Origin: an uncultured Bacilli bacterium
Lineage (GTDB): Bacteria; Bacillota_I; Bacilli_A; RF39; UBA660
DNA: 64,000 bases
Reading direction: 5' to 3'
Assembly (NCBI GenBank): GCA_947631205.1
Contig: CANRKL010000001.1
Span: 4,802 to 68,801, forward strand
Position 1 is the first letter of the stretch; every line of letters starts with the position of its first letter. The position numbers and the translations under genes were made by a program. Below the pieces are notes generated by a model. That model was given only the letters and a program-made list of their open reading frames with translations, was not told the origin of the DNA and made no database searches. Shown in pieces: positions 50,432 through 60,915 of the stretch.

Positions 50432-52615
50432 CTAAAAATCGCTACCAATAAATCTTGGAGGTGGTGGATTGTCAACAGCTGGAGTATTTATATTTTCTGT
50501 TTCTAATGTATCTAAAGTATTTCCATCGGCTTTAGGTTCTGTTTGACTTACTTGATTATTACTAGGGCTAGCAAAAGGATTAAAGAAACTATTTGAAGGA
50601 TTATTTACCACTTCTTGTTCACTTATATTAGGTATTTCCATTGGATTTATATTAGAAACTATATTTTCATTATTATTCCCACCTACTTCGCTAGGAATAT
50701 TGTTTGAAGCATTAAGATTATTAGAAACATCTAAATTATTATTAAAGAATGAATTATTTTGTATGTTATCTTGACTATTAATATTATCAGGACTATTTAA
50801 ATCATTATTATCTATATTATTATCACTTGCTACTTGCCCATCATTATAATTTATATCTTTATTCCAACAATTTTTAACATTACAGTTAGAAGAATATGGT
50901 GGTGGATTAGGCATATCCATGCGAATAATCATTGGTATTTTAAAAGCCCCACCAAAGCCTACACAACTACCAGGTTGTAATGTTTTCTGCTTTTCAATAA
51001 CATCAGCTGAAATATTCGGTAACATCTCTTCAATATATTTTAAATCTTTAGGATGGGTCATTTTAAATATTAAGAAGTTAGATACTTGAGCAATTACTGT
51101 ATCACTAATTTCAACTGGTCTTTGAGAGATTATCCCAAGTAAAGTCCCATATTTTCGACCTTCTTTAGCTATTCTATCAAAAATATTATATCCTAATAAA
51201 AATGTATCGTTGTCATTTTGAATATAACGATGGGCTTCTTCTAATACTAAATGACATGGCATACTTGCTCTATCTTTTAATGACTTAGTATAATCAAAAA
51301 TAATTCTTGCGATAATTTTAACAATTACTTTTGCATAAACATCATCAACATCTTCAAGATTTATATTAATTATTTGAGCTTTTTTTCCATTATACATAAT
51401 TAAATTTTGAATAAACTCCGAAGGTGTTGTATATCCTTTATTTGTAAAATAACTTCCTACTTTAGTATTTAAAATAGAACTTATTCTAACTTTAAGAATA
51501 ATTGCATCATCATATACTTTACTATTATTTTGGAATCCCTCACTTATAAGAGTAAACTCTAAAGCTTTAGAAAAATCTAATATAGAATATGAATAAACTT
51601 CTGGTTCTTGCATACTTTCTAATTCTTCATCAATATGTTTTAAGATATAATCAGTTATTAAAACGGATTCTCCAAAATTACCATTAGAATCTATTTCAAA
51701 ACATTCAGAAAAACTTCTAGAATATCCAAGACCCGCAATACGAGAATCAAAATTAAAATCTTTAGTATGACAAGTTTCAATTATCGTAAATATTTCATTT
51801 TTTTTATGAGCTGTTGTTTGGTTACTAAATAAAATAGCTATTAGGGCTTTGGCAATTAAATGGTTCTTATAACGTTCACTTTCTTCAGTATTTTGACTAA
51901 ATATTTTAGCAAGTCTAATAGTTCTTTCAATAATTGGTAATTGACTATGATTACTTGCCTGTAATAATAAAGCCATATCATCTAATTTTAATAGGCAAAC
52001 AGGTATTTCAAGTGGTACATCACTTTCTTCTTGGACATTTGAAGTTATAAATTTATATTGATAATTTGGATTATATTGATTAATACTTTGAAAAGCATTT
52101 TTATATTCTCCATAAGCATCAAATAAGAAAAAATTAGCATTTAGTAAACTAGTTTTATCACTACCAAAAACATTTTGAATTATTCTTGATACTCCATGCG
52201 TTTTACCAGAACCAGAGTTTCCACAAATAAAGAAATGATTAGAAAAAAAGTCATTTATAAATGGATAAACTATATGGTCTTTATATATAGCGCTTGTTCC
52301 TAATTTAAAAGTTGATTCATTATCATCACCAATTAATAATCCTAACTCTTCATCATTAATAATTCTTATTTCGCTAGTAAGAAGTGGTTTTCTAATAACA
52401 CCATTAACATATCTACCATTAACATATTCCCCTAAAAAATTAATTTTAATAGTTTCCGGATTTATTTCTGATATTTCTCCTAATATTCTTTGATTTGGAG
52501 CTTCAAAAACAACGTGCATATTCATTAAATCAGTTGTCTCATCAGCTCTTAAAGTGTTTTCTATATGCGCAGCCGCTTCACTAATATACTTAATTTTTCC
52601 AAACATTTTAATCAC
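50432..52615 (-). CDS. HerA/DUF87-like P-loop ATPase (FtsK-HerA superfamily) with a ~190-aa Asn/Ser-rich disordered C-terminal tail ending in a PPPP motif.
   Basis: Walker A reads GNSGSGKTHGV and Walker B reads LVLEEAHRY, followed by AKEGRKYG...ISQRP, which is typical of HerA/DUF87. The low-complexity tail is NNIDNN...NPPPPRFIGSDF. Confidence 0.6.
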   Translation of the reverse strand: MIKMFGKIKYISEAAAHIENTLRADETTDLMNMHVVFEAPNQRILGEISEINPETIKINFLGEYVNGRYVNGVIRKPLLTSEIRIINDEELGLLIGDDNESTFKLGTSAIYKDHIVYPFINDFFSNHFFICGNSGSGKTHGVSRIIQNVFGSDKTSLLNANFFLFDAYGEYKNAFQSINQYNPNYQYKFITSNVQEESDVPLEIPVCLLKLDDMALLLQASNHSQLPIIERTIRLAKIFSQNTEESERYKNHLIAKALIAILFSNQTTAHKKNEIFTIIETCHTKDFNFDSRIAGLGYSRSFSECFEIDSNGNFGESVLITDYILKHIDEELESMQEPEVYSYSILDFSKALEFTLISEGFQNNSKVYDDAIILKVRISSILNTKVGSYFTNKGYTTPSEFIQNLIMYNGKKAQIININLEDVDDVYAKVIVKIIARIIFDYTKSLKDRASMPCHLVLEEAHRYIQNDNDTFLLGYNIFDRIAKEGRKYGTLLGIISQRPVEISDTVIAQVSNFLIFKMTHPKDLKYIEEMLPNISADVIEKQKTLQPGSCVGFGGAFKIPMIIRMDMPNPPPYSSNCNVKNCWNKDINYNDGQVASDNNIDNNDLNSPDNINSQDNIQNNSFFNNNLDVSNNLNASNNIPSEVGGNNNENIVSNINPMEIPNISEQEVVNNPSNSFFNPFASPSNNQVSQTEPKADGNTLDTLETENINTPAVDNPPPPRFIGSDF

Positions 52616-52739
52616 CTATCTATTCTCTAAAATAAATTATATCATACTATTTCCAATTTTTATAATACTTTTAAAAATGAATGTCAATTCTTTGAATATA
52701 TTTACTTTTTATTAATATACTTTACTAAGGTGATTAAAA

Positions 52740-53057
52740 ATGATATTAAAAATCAACAATAAAAAAATTAATATTAAAGAAGTAAGTACCTTTTATTGTA
52801 AGATATTTGGAACAAAAATTAAAAATGATAATGGTTATTTAGTTAAAAATTGTCAAAAAATTCATACTTATTTTAACAAAACAGAAGTTGATATTATTGG
52901 TTTAAATGATGAAAATCAAGTTATTTATATCTATCGTATGGCTCCTAAAAATAAAGTTATTAAAATAAATCATGATGATAAAAAAACTCATATTTTAGTT
53001 TTACCAAAAAATATGAGTAAGAAAATCTATATTGGTTCTGTTTTACAATTTGAATAA
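52740..53057 (+). CDS. DUF192-like small protein (tentative).
   Basis: It is 105 aa. The pattern TYFNKTEVDIIGLNDENQVIYI resembles the DUF192 core F-M-x-T-x-PLDiiFid. Confidence 0.35.
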   Translation: MILKINNKKINIKEVSTFYCKIFGTKIKNDNGYLVKNCQKIHTYFNKTEVDIIGLNDENQVIYIYRMAPKNKVIKINHDDKKTHILVLPKNMSKKIYIGSVLQFE

Positions 53058-53058
53058 T

Positions 53059-54333
53059 TTAAATTTTAAATTCAAAGATATACCCACTTATTTCTATTTC
53101 ATCATTTTCTTTTGCCCCTAATCTAATCAGTTCATCTTCAATTCCCATACCTCTTAATTTTCTTGCAAATCTTTGAACTGCTTCTTCTTGATTAAATCTT
53201 GTCATAGCAAAAAGTTTTTCTACTTCTTCTCCTTTTATTACCCATACACCATCTTCCTTTGTTATTGTGTATGGTTTTTCATTTTTAAAACGGTAAACAA
53301 TTGTACTTTCATAAAGTGATTCAGGATAAATACTCTCATCTTTAATTGTTTCTAATGTATCTTTTAAATAAACTAAAAGCTCATCTAATCCTTGCTTAGT
53401 AACTGCTGATACTAAAAATATTTCTTTATCTGGATATTTCTTTTTAAAATTTTTTAAATTTTCTTTAGAGTTTGGTAAGTCCATTTTATTAGCTACAATT
53501 ATTTCTTTTTTATTAGCTAATTCATCACTATAAGCAACTATTTCTTTTCTAATTATTTCATAGTCTTCAATTGGATTTCTTCCCTCACTTGCTGACATAT
53601 CAATCACATGAGCAAGTATTTTTGTCCTAGAAGCATGTTTTAAAAATTTATCTCCTAGTCCAACACCTAAAGAAGCCCCTTCAATCATTCCTGGTAAATC
53701 TGCTAAAATGAAAGTCCTTTTATCTTTTAAAGTTATTACTCCTAAATTAGGTGATAAAGTTGTAAAGTGATAAGCCCCAATTTTTGGATTAGATGCTGAT
53801 ACAGCTGCTAAAATAGAAGATTTACCAACACTTGGCATTCCTACTAATCCCACATCAGCTAAAAGCTTTAATTCACACTTAATATACCTAACTTCACCAG
53901 GTTCACCTAATTCAGATATTGTTGGAGCAGGCTTCTCTAAAGTAGCAAAAGCAGCATTTCCTCTTCCCCCTCTTCCACCATGAGCCACAATAGCTTCTTC
54001 CTTATCTTTAGTTAAATCGGCAATTACAAGACCCGTATCATCATCAAATATAGTTGTCCCACAAGGAACTTTTATAATTGTATCACTAGCATTGGCACCC
54101 CGACATTTTTTACCACTGCCATTTGTTCCTTTTAAAGCTTTAATAATCTTACTATATTTTAAATCAATTAAAGTAGTTAAGCCTTTATCAGCTACAAAGA
54201 TAATATCTCCGCCTTTTCCTCCAGACCCCCCATCAGGTCCTCCCATTGGAACATATTTTTCCCTTCGAAAAGAACTACAACCATCTCCCCCTTTACCAGC
54301 AATTAACTTTAATTTAACCTCATCTATAAACAT
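53059..54333 (-). CDS. obg: GTPase Obg.
   Basis: It has the Obg fold N-terminus with glycine-rich repeats, G1 GMPSVGKSS, and a C-terminal OCT domain. Confidence 0.95.
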   Translation of the reverse strand: MFIDEVKLKLIAGKGGDGCSSFRREKYVPMGGPDGGSGGKGGDIIFVADKGLTTLIDLKYSKIIKALKGTNGSGKKCRGANASDTIIKVPCGTTIFDDDTGLVIADLTKDKEEAIVAHGGRGGRGNAAFATLEKPAPTISELGEPGEVRYIKCELKLLADVGLVGMPSVGKSSILAAVSASNPKIGAYHFTTLSPNLGVITLKDKRTFILADLPGMIEGASLGVGLGDKFLKHASRTKILAHVIDMSASEGRNPIEDYEIIRKEIVAYSDELANKKEIIVANKMDLPNSKENLKNFKKKYPDKEIFLVSAVTKQGLDELLVYLKDTLETIKDESIYPESLYESTIVYRFKNEKPYTITKEDGVWVIKGEEVEKLFAMTRFNQEEAVQRFARKLRGMGIEDELIRLGAKENDEIEISGYIFEFKI

Positions 54334-54342
54334 CTAAATCAC

Positions 54343-56463
54343 CTACCTTTTCTTTCCGATATTTAAATTATTTTTAACATTATTTAATTCCTCTAAAGCC
54401 CTTTTATCATCGCTATTTATTAATACTTCTTCAATAGTATTATTATTTCTAATAGCTAAATACCAATCTTCTGCCATAATTACTCTTTGATAATTTTGCC
54501 TATTAAAAGGTACAAATAAATCAAAATCAAAATCTTTTTGTTCTTGTAAACAATATATAACTCTTAATTTATTTATATAATCTTCATCTATATCTTCACT
54601 TACTAAACTTCTAGTTTTATAGTACTCTATAGGATAATTATTAGAAAAATTTAAATTTACATCTTCTATTTTATTATCCGTTATTACTCTTGCTAATTCT
54701 GTTAAATCAGCATGAGGAAAATTAAGTGGTATTTTTGGGTCATATATAGTAGGATATTTAGTTATTTGGTCTATCTGATTAGTCATGCTAGTCATAATAA
54801 CATACTTGATATAATCATTATTTTTAAGTGCTTCTTCTTTTATTTGTCTTGATATTTTATCTAAAAAATTTTCATTGACTAAATCATTTAAAACTTGAGC
54901 ATTTTTAGCAAATATTCTTCCTAATATAACAAAATTTCCTTTGCGAAACATAAGAATTCTTGCCACAAATGAATTAGTATTTTTGTCTCTAATCATTATG
55001 ACATCGCCATCTTTTTCTAATAAAGCTTTCCTATAAGCTGGACGGCCACTTACATTTAATAAATCAATACAACTATTTCCAAATTTACCAATTAATAAAC
55101 GTTCAGGATTTTGATAATCTTTAGATTCATAAACATAATTTTGATATTCTCCATAAACATTAGGAATATAACTACTTCTTTTTTGAAACATTGTTGCATA
55201 AAATGCTGCATATTTATGCCTATTTAATGTAAATATTTGTTGTAAAACATTTTGAGGCAAAAGATAATTTACATATTTATTTTTCCAATTGTTTTGATTA
55301 ACATAAAGTATATATTGATGAAGATTACTTATAAATGTTCCAAATGATATTTCACTTTTATGAAATATTTTGTTTGTAATGGTATTATAATTATTTAAGA
55401 TATTAATAAAATCTTCACTTTGTAATTCTGGAAAAAAATTAACAAACGGAAGAAGCTTAAATAAATCTTGATAAATATTTTGATAATTAGCTATTTCCTC
55501 CCATTTACTTTCATCTTCTCTTAAATAAATATCTATAGCGTTCTCTAAATAATTTTTATTTCTAACTATAGCAAAATTATTATAGTTAAAAGGTAAGCTC
55601 ATTTTATCTTCAAGAGTAATATTTAAATGATATTTTTGAAAGTCCATATTTGGTATTTTATCAATTAATATTTTATTAAATTTTCTAACAATAATTTTAC
55701 TAACCTCATCATTATTAATAATTTTGTTTACTTCATCATAAGTTAACTTTCCATTTAAAAACATTCTCTCTAACTCATCAAATACTTGAGAAGTTATATA
55801 ATAATTTAAATCCCTTATATCTTTTATTGAATTAATATACCCTCTTAAATCACAAGTATCCCTTTTTAACTCTTCTAATGAAGTATTTAAAGCACTATAG
55901 TTTTTAGAAGCAAAATTTTCAACAATAATTTTAATTTTTTTACTATTCATGAGTGAATTATATTTTCTTTTTGATAACTTCATTTTTCTTTTTAATTCAT
56001 TTATAATATTTTCTTTTTCTTTTCGTCTAAAATTATTATCAAAATAATCTAATATTTTAGAAAAAAACTTAGTTATTAAACTATCCGGCAAAAACTCATT
56101 AATTATATATATATTATACATTTTATTTAACTCTTTATATATGACATCATAGCTAATTATTTCTTCTTTTTCAAGTAAGTGAATTTTTTGATAAATATTT
56201 TTAGTTAAATATTTTAAAGATAATCCTTCATCTTCATTAATTTCTTTAAATCCATAACGAATTTCTTCATTAATTACATCAATATTAATAAATGTATTGT
56301 TTTCTCTATAATTAATTAATCTAATAGCTATAATTGAGTCAATTAAACTGTTTAAAATACTTTGCCATTTTTCTTGAACGTCTAAATCATCTTCTACTAC
56401 TGGTCTATAAATAATATTCATAATATCTGTATATTCTAAATGTTTTTTATTTTTGTATTCCAT
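54343..56463 (-). CDS. Large hypothetical cytoplasmic protein (706 aa) embedded in the rplU-prp-rpmA-obg operon.
   Basis: No motif was recognised. Gaps of 10 bp and 30 bp to obg and rpmA imply co-transcription. Confidence 0.55.
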   Translation of the reverse strand: MEYKNKKHLEYTDIMNIIYRPVVEDDLDVQEKWQSILNSLIDSIIAIRLINYRENNTFINIDVINEEIRYGFKEINEDEGLSLKYLTKNIYQKIHLLEKEEIISYDVIYKELNKMYNIYIINEFLPDSLITKFFSKILDYFDNNFRRKEKENIINELKRKMKLSKRKYNSLMNSKKIKIIVENFASKNYSALNTSLEELKRDTCDLRGYINSIKDIRDLNYYITSQVFDELERMFLNGKLTYDEVNKIINNDEVSKIIVRKFNKILIDKIPNMDFQKYHLNITLEDKMSLPFNYNNFAIVRNKNYLENAIDIYLREDESKWEEIANYQNIYQDLFKLLPFVNFFPELQSEDFINILNNYNTITNKIFHKSEISFGTFISNLHQYILYVNQNNWKNKYVNYLLPQNVLQQIFTLNRHKYAAFYATMFQKRSSYIPNVYGEYQNYVYESKDYQNPERLLIGKFGNSCIDLLNVSGRPAYRKALLEKDGDVIMIRDKNTNSFVARILMFRKGNFVILGRIFAKNAQVLNDLVNENFLDKISRQIKEEALKNNDYIKYVIMTSMTNQIDQITKYPTIYDPKIPLNFPHADLTELARVITDNKIEDVNLNFSNNYPIEYYKTRSLVSEDIDEDYINKLRVIYCLQEQKDFDFDLFVPFNRQNYQRVIMAEDWYLAIRNNNTIEEVLINSDDKRALEELNNVKNNLNIGKKR

Positions 56464-56492
56464 AGTATCACCTAATCTTTTAAAAAAAGCGC

Positions 56493-56777
56493 TTAATTTT
56501 CATAAACGCTTGCTTTCTTTTTGTCTTTTCCTAATCTTTCAAAACGAACTATCCCTGATACTTTAGCAAATAAAGTATGGTCTTTACCCATTCCTACATT
56601 AGTTCCTGGATAAATCTTTGTTCCTCTTTGACGATATAAAATGCTTCCAGCATTTACTTTTTCTCCATCGCCAACTTTAGCTCCAAGTCTTCGTCCTGCT
56701 GAATCACGACCATTTTGAGTTGAACCTTGAGCCTTAACGTGAGCGAATAATTGAATATTTAAAGACATTTTATTCAT
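56493..56777 (-). CDS. rpmA: 50S ribosomal protein L27.
   Basis: The sequence [15 protein letters not shown] is classic L27. The N-terminal extension [11 protein letters not shown] follows the Firmicutes pro-L27 pattern. Confidence 0.95.
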   Translation of the reverse strand: MNKMSLNIQLFAHVKAQGSTQNGRDSAGRRLGAKVGDGEKVNAGSILYRQRGTKIYPGTNVGMGKDHTLFAKVSGIVRFERLGKDKKKASVYEN

Positions 56778-57087
56778 CGTTATCTTCCTCTCTAATTATA
56801 ATATTTTTTCTATATTGACTTTCTAAATCTTTTAATAAATCTATCATATTATCTAATAAAATATTAATAAATTTATCAGTATATAATACATTTACAACTA
56901 CATTTTTTGATTCATTAACCTCTATTGCTTCACTATTATATTTTAATATAGCATTAACTGTTGTAATTAAAATACTTGATGAAGCCGCACACACAATATC
57001 TTTTCCATAATCATCATACATTGCATGACCTATAAAAGTTACTTTTTTAATCAAATTTTCTTTCTTATTTACAATTATCTTTAACAT
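56770..57087 (-). CDS. prp: Ribosomal-processing cysteine protease Prp.
   Basis: It has the expected position between rplU and rpmA, the expected size, and a His/Cys dyad context ([18 protein letters not shown]). Confidence 0.8.
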   Translation of the reverse strand: MLKIIVNKKENLIKKVTFIGHAMYDDYGKDIVCAASSSILITTVNAILKYNSEAIEVNESKNVVVNVLYTDKFINILLDNMIDLLKDLESQYRKNIIIREEDNDE

Positions 57088-57383
57088 TATTTTTCAATTT
57101 TCTTAACGACTAATTTAGTATAAGGTTGTCTATGTCCTTGTTTTTTACGATATTTCTTTTTAGGACGATACTTAAAAACAACTATTTTCTTTTGACGACC
57201 ATGTTTTAAAACATTGCAAATAACCTTAGCATTTTTAACTGGATTTCCTACTTTCCCATCAACATATAAAACATTATCAAAAACAACATCACTTCCAACT
57301 TCATTAGCTAACTTTTCAACATAAATGACATCATTTTCACTAACATAGTATTGTTTTCCACCAGTTTCAAATATAGCTTTCAT
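57087..57383 (-). CDS. rplU: 50S ribosomal protein L21.
   Basis: The sequence [25 protein letters not shown] is classic L21. Confidence 0.95.
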   Translation of the reverse strand: MKAIFETGGKQYYVSENDVIYVEKLANEVGSDVVFDNVLYVDGKVGNPVKNAKVICNVLKHGRQKKIVVFKYRPKKKYRKKQGHRQPYTKLVVKKIEK

Positions 57384-57493
57384 TTCTTACCTCCTTTATT
57401 ATTTTAAGACGCGCCTAAAAGGTAACTTCTAAAAGTATTTAATAACCTTGTTCGAGCGGTTTTATAAAAGCTAAATATTTATAAAACATTTAA

Positions 57494-57522
57494 ATTTTAC
57501 CAAATAGATATGGCTTTGTCAA
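57494..57522 (-). promoter_or_regulatory. Sigma-A-type promoter of the rplU operon, with a leader of about 100 nt (candidate L21-leader element).
   Basis: On the minus strand it reads TTGACA-N17-TAAAAT. The leader between the promoter and the AGGAGG RBS is about 100 nt. Confidence 0.4.
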
Positions 57523-57540
57523 TCCCATAATTCAAAGAAA

Positions 57541-57570
57541 AATAAGAGCATTTGTCGTATTCTCTTATTT
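57541..57570 (-). terminator. Rho-independent terminator after the 274-aa gene.
   Basis: On the minus strand: AATAAGAG...CTCTTATT hairpin followed by TTTTCTTT. Confidence 0.5.
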
Positions 57571-58395
57571 CTATCTATGATTAGTTGGTCTTTTATCTAA
57601 TGATAATTCAATTGAAGCATTAATACTATCTAATAAGTTCTTTTTCATAGCTTCGTATTCAGCCTTTTTTTGCTCTGCCATCTTCTTTTTTTCTTCTTTT
57701 GAATGAACTTTTTTACCATTAATATTAGTACCTATCCATTCCATATTAATATTGTTTGCTAAATTCTTTTTAAATGTCTCTTTTCCTTCAAAATTTTGAG
57801 GATTCAAATTAATATTAATATTGGTGTTGCAAAGAAAGCAGCCTGATAAATCATTAGAATGTCCCATTATGTAACCTAAAGCATCAATAGTTCTACCTGA
57901 TAAATCAATATCATCAAAACGACTACAATTAGCTTTTAAGATAACATTTTTCGGAATAACTAAATTAGTATTTCCAATATCCGAATCATTAAGAATTACT
58001 TGTTCAATTCCTGATAAATCTAAAGAAGAAAAATCAAGACCTCCAAAATCACAAAAATTAAGAATAATAGCTTTTCTAGTTATAGCTTCAAATGATTTAG
58101 TTAAATCAATTTTAGCATTAGTATCATAAAAATCAGAATTATCACGTGTACTCCATAAAACATTAGTAAAATCAACTTCACTTAAATCAATTTTTTGTAA
58201 AAATTCTCCTGACCATACTGGCACTTTAGCTTTAAGTCCTTTTTCTTTATCCATTGTTTCTTCATCAAATAACAAAAATTCTAATAATTGTTTATCTAAT
58301 TTAATTCTTTTTCCCTTTGCTACTCTTTTTAATTTTGCTTCAACCTTTTCTCTAATTTCTTTTTTATCAGTAAGGCTTATTTTCATAATCAACAA
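57571..58395 (-). CDS. Hypothetical protein with pentapeptide-repeat-like segments.
   Basis: It has a lysine-rich N-terminal helix, then repetitive D/N-L-S-G units (FSSLDLSGIE..., DIDLSGRTID...). Confidence 0.4.
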   Translation of the reverse strand: MLIMKISLTDKKEIREKVEAKLKRVAKGKRIKLDKQLLEFLLFDEETMDKEKGLKAKVPVWSGEFLQKIDLSEVDFTNVLWSTRDNSDFYDTNAKIDLTKSFEAITRKAIILNFCDFGGLDFSSLDLSGIEQVILNDSDIGNTNLVIPKNVILKANCSRFDDIDLSGRTIDALGYIMGHSNDLSGCFLCNTNININLNPQNFEGKETFKKNLANNINMEWIGTNINGKKVHSKEEKKKMAEQKKAEYEAMKKNLLDSINASIELSLDKRPTNHR

Positions 58396-58476
58396 TCCCC
58401 TTTCATGTGTTTTCTACTTTAACAAATTTATTATAAAAAATCAATAAAATAGTATAAATGTTCTATATATTTACGC

Positions 58477-59118
58477 CTATTTTACATTCTTTTTCAATTT
58501 TAAAGCCATACTCTTAAAGTTATTTTCAAACATTTCAATCTTTTCTTTTTCATCAGAATAATCTTTTAAGTACTTAATGACAACGTTTTTAGTATCAATC
58601 CACATTCGAGATGACCCATAAATATCCATCATCGTTTTTCCAACTCCATTTATCTTTAATAAATTTAAATAAGTTACAACATTCCTCAAATTATCCATAC
58701 TTAAATCTTGTCCATTACTTTTAAATAAATACTTATCTTTTATAAAAGGATATTCTAATAAAAGTTCTTTTTCAATTAATAAATAATTATCAATTCTTCT
58801 TCTAAAATTTTCACTTTCTAAAGTCTCTTTCGTAGAATTCCAAGTAAAATTTAAAAGAAAGGCTAAGTCATTATTAATATCTAATACTTCATTAAAAAAA
58901 TTATTAAAATCGAGTTCATCAGTAAATGACATAAATAAACTATTAGCTTCAAATCTTATTAATTTATCTAAAAAAGAATTATTTAAAGATTGTATCATTA
59001 ATAAAGAACTATTATCTATTTTACTTGTATCTAATTTATTTACATAATTTTCATAATATTTAAACATTTTTTCTTCTTCTTCAAGAAATTTAAGAAATAA
59101 ATTAAAAAAATCTTTCAT
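58477..59118 (-). CDS. Hypothetical protein.
   Basis: The ORF is 213 aa and no motif was recognised. Confidence 0.45.
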   Translation of the reverse strand: MKDFFNLFLKFLEEEEKMFKYYENYVNKLDTSKIDNSSLLMIQSLNNSFLDKLIRFEANSLFMSFTDELDFNNFFNEVLDINNDLAFLLNFTWNSTKETLESENFRRRIDNYLLIEKELLLEYPFIKDKYLFKSNGQDLSMDNLRNVVTYLNLLKINGVGKTMMDIYGSSRMWIDTKNVVIKYLKDYSDEKEKIEMFENNFKSMALKLKKNVK

Positions 59119-59167
59119 GTATATAACCTCAATTCCAGTAAATATTATAGTTTTCTTTAAATAATTG

Positions 59168-59932
59168 TCAAGAAAAATATTTTTTTAAAACAGCCTTTTC
59201 ATGATTATATCGATTATTTATCCAAAAGAAATGTAAGGTATTCTTTTTTAAAAGATAAATATTTTCTTTAGAGTGATTTTGAATACTTTGATAAGGAAAC
59301 TGATATAAATATCTTTCTAAAAAAAATCTTTCTTTTAAATACTTTTCTTTTTTAATTACCCATATTAATTGAAAGACTAAAAATAAACATATTGGATAAT
59401 TTCCTAGTTTCATCACCACATTTATGCCAATAAATATTATTAAAGATATAATAGAGATAATATTAGTTATCTTCATTGCTTTTATATAAGCAAATCTTTT
59501 TTCTAATAACAAATTAATAATTTTTGACCCATCTAAAGGATACATTGGTATTATATTAAAGAAAATTATGATGTAATTATAAAACTTCATCATCATATAA
59601 GAGTCATAACTAAAAAAGTTATATTGATATAATATATACCCTAAAACTCCCCATATTAATTGACTTAATATGCCACTAAAAGCAATTAAAAGTTCTTTAT
59701 TTATTGAAGAATTAATCGGCTTATCAATAATAGTTAAGCCCCCAAAAGGATAAATAATAACTTTTTTAATTGGATACTTAAATAATTTTATCATTATAAT
59801 ATGTCCCAACTCATGAATATTAATTAAGAAAAAAATAATGCAGGTATTCTTAAAATATCCACATAAAAAAGTTAAAAGAAAGTAAATATATGTTGAATAA
59901 TTAAGTTTGTACAAGCGTTTTATACTCATCAT
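59168..59932 (-). CDS. spoIVFB: M50-family intramembrane metalloprotease (site-2 protease), SpoIVFB-like.
   Basis: HELGHIIM lies within a TM helix, and there are multiple TM helices. It follows an M23-like gene as in spoIVFA-spoIVFB. Confidence 0.6.
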   Translation of the reverse strand: MMSIKRLYKLNYSTYIYFLLTFLCGYFKNTCIIFFLINIHELGHIIMIKLFKYPIKKVIIYPFGGLTIIDKPINSSINKELLIAFSGILSQLIWGVLGYILYQYNFFSYDSYMMMKFYNYIIIFFNIIPMYPLDGSKIINLLLEKRFAYIKAMKITNIISIISLIIFIGINVVMKLGNYPICLFLVFQLIWVIKKEKYLKERFFLERYLYQFPYQSIQNHSKENIYLLKKNTLHFFWINNRYNHEKAVLKKYFS

Positions 59933-60527
59933 AAGTTAGTTTACTACCCTCTTTCATAAATACATTATAATAATAATTATCTTTAGCATTACCAAGAATT
60001 TGACCCTCTTCAATATAATCATATAATTTATTTGTTGTATCAACTAAATTACCATACCAAATATCTATCCCATCAACCCCTTGTATAATAGCAGTCTTCC
60101 CATAACCTTCCTTCTCATCAAGATAAACTAATATTCCACTAGCAAGAGAAGTAACAATAGGATTATAAGTAGCCTCTATTTTATAACCATCTAAATATTC
60201 CTCTTTTACATCATTATTATTTTCATTAAATGCCATTTGTGACTCTGTAGTACTAATAGTAGGCATAATACTACCAAAAGTATTATGATACCAATTATTT
60301 ATTTTGGCAAAAGTTATATTTGATTCAAAAATATTTTTTTTATAATTAGCCAAATTATTTTCATCTAAATGAATATAAATACAACTAATCAAAATAAAAA
60401 TAATACTTAACAAAACTTTAGAAAATAAATTAGCTTTCCCCCTCTTTTTCTCATTTTTACAAATTCCTTTTGAAGTTCTCATCTTATGTCTTTTAGCTAT
60501 TAATTCTAATTCATCCATTATTCTCAC
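59901..60527 (-). CDS. spoIVFA: Membrane-anchored degenerate M23/LytM-domain protein, SpoIVFA-like.
   Basis: It has an N-terminal TM. The C-terminal GYGKTAIIQGVDGIDIWYGNL resembles the LytM core but lacks the HxxxD/HxH ligands. Confidence 0.45.
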   Translation of the reverse strand: MRIMDELELIAKRHKMRTSKGICKNEKKRGKANLFSKVLLSIIFILISCIYIHLDENNLANYKKNIFESNITFAKINNWYHNTFGSIMPTISTTESQMAFNENNNDVKEEYLDGYKIEATYNPIVTSLASGILVYLDEKEGYGKTAIIQGVDGIDIWYGNLVDTTNKLYDYIEEGQILGNAKDNYYYNVFMKEGSKLTYDEYKTLVQT

Positions 60528-60552
60528 CTAATAAAGTATATGAATTACTAAT

Positions 60553-60915
60553 TTATTTTATTTCTAAAGCTTCATCTTTCATATAATATAAAATAATTGA
60601 TAATAAACTATTAACTAAATAAAAAGGCCAAAGATTAGAAAAATTAATAATTTTTAAATTATATAAAGAATAAATTAGAAAAAAAATTGATAAATTAATA
60701 AGACTTTTAATTAAATAACTAATAACATTAGAACTTTTTTTAACATTTCTATTTAATATATATAAAATAATTGTTAAAAAAGTATTAAGAAAAGGTAAAC
60801 GATAAAGATATATATCTAAAATAAGACTAAATATTAATAAATATTTTAAATCTTTTTGTCTTACATCTGTTAAAAAAGTAATTACTCCCAAATTTAAATA
60901 TCTAATCATTTTCAT
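60553..60915 (-). CDS. mreD: Rod shape-determining protein MreD (by position and topology).
   Basis: It is a small polytopic membrane protein that directly follows mreC and overlaps it by 14 bp. Confidence 0.55.
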   Translation of the reverse strand: MKMIRYLNLGVITFLTDVRQKDLKYLLIFSLILDIYLYRLPFLNTFLTIILYILNRNVKKSSNVISYLIKSLINLSIFFLIYSLYNLKIINFSNLWPFYLVNSLLSIILYYMKDEALEIK

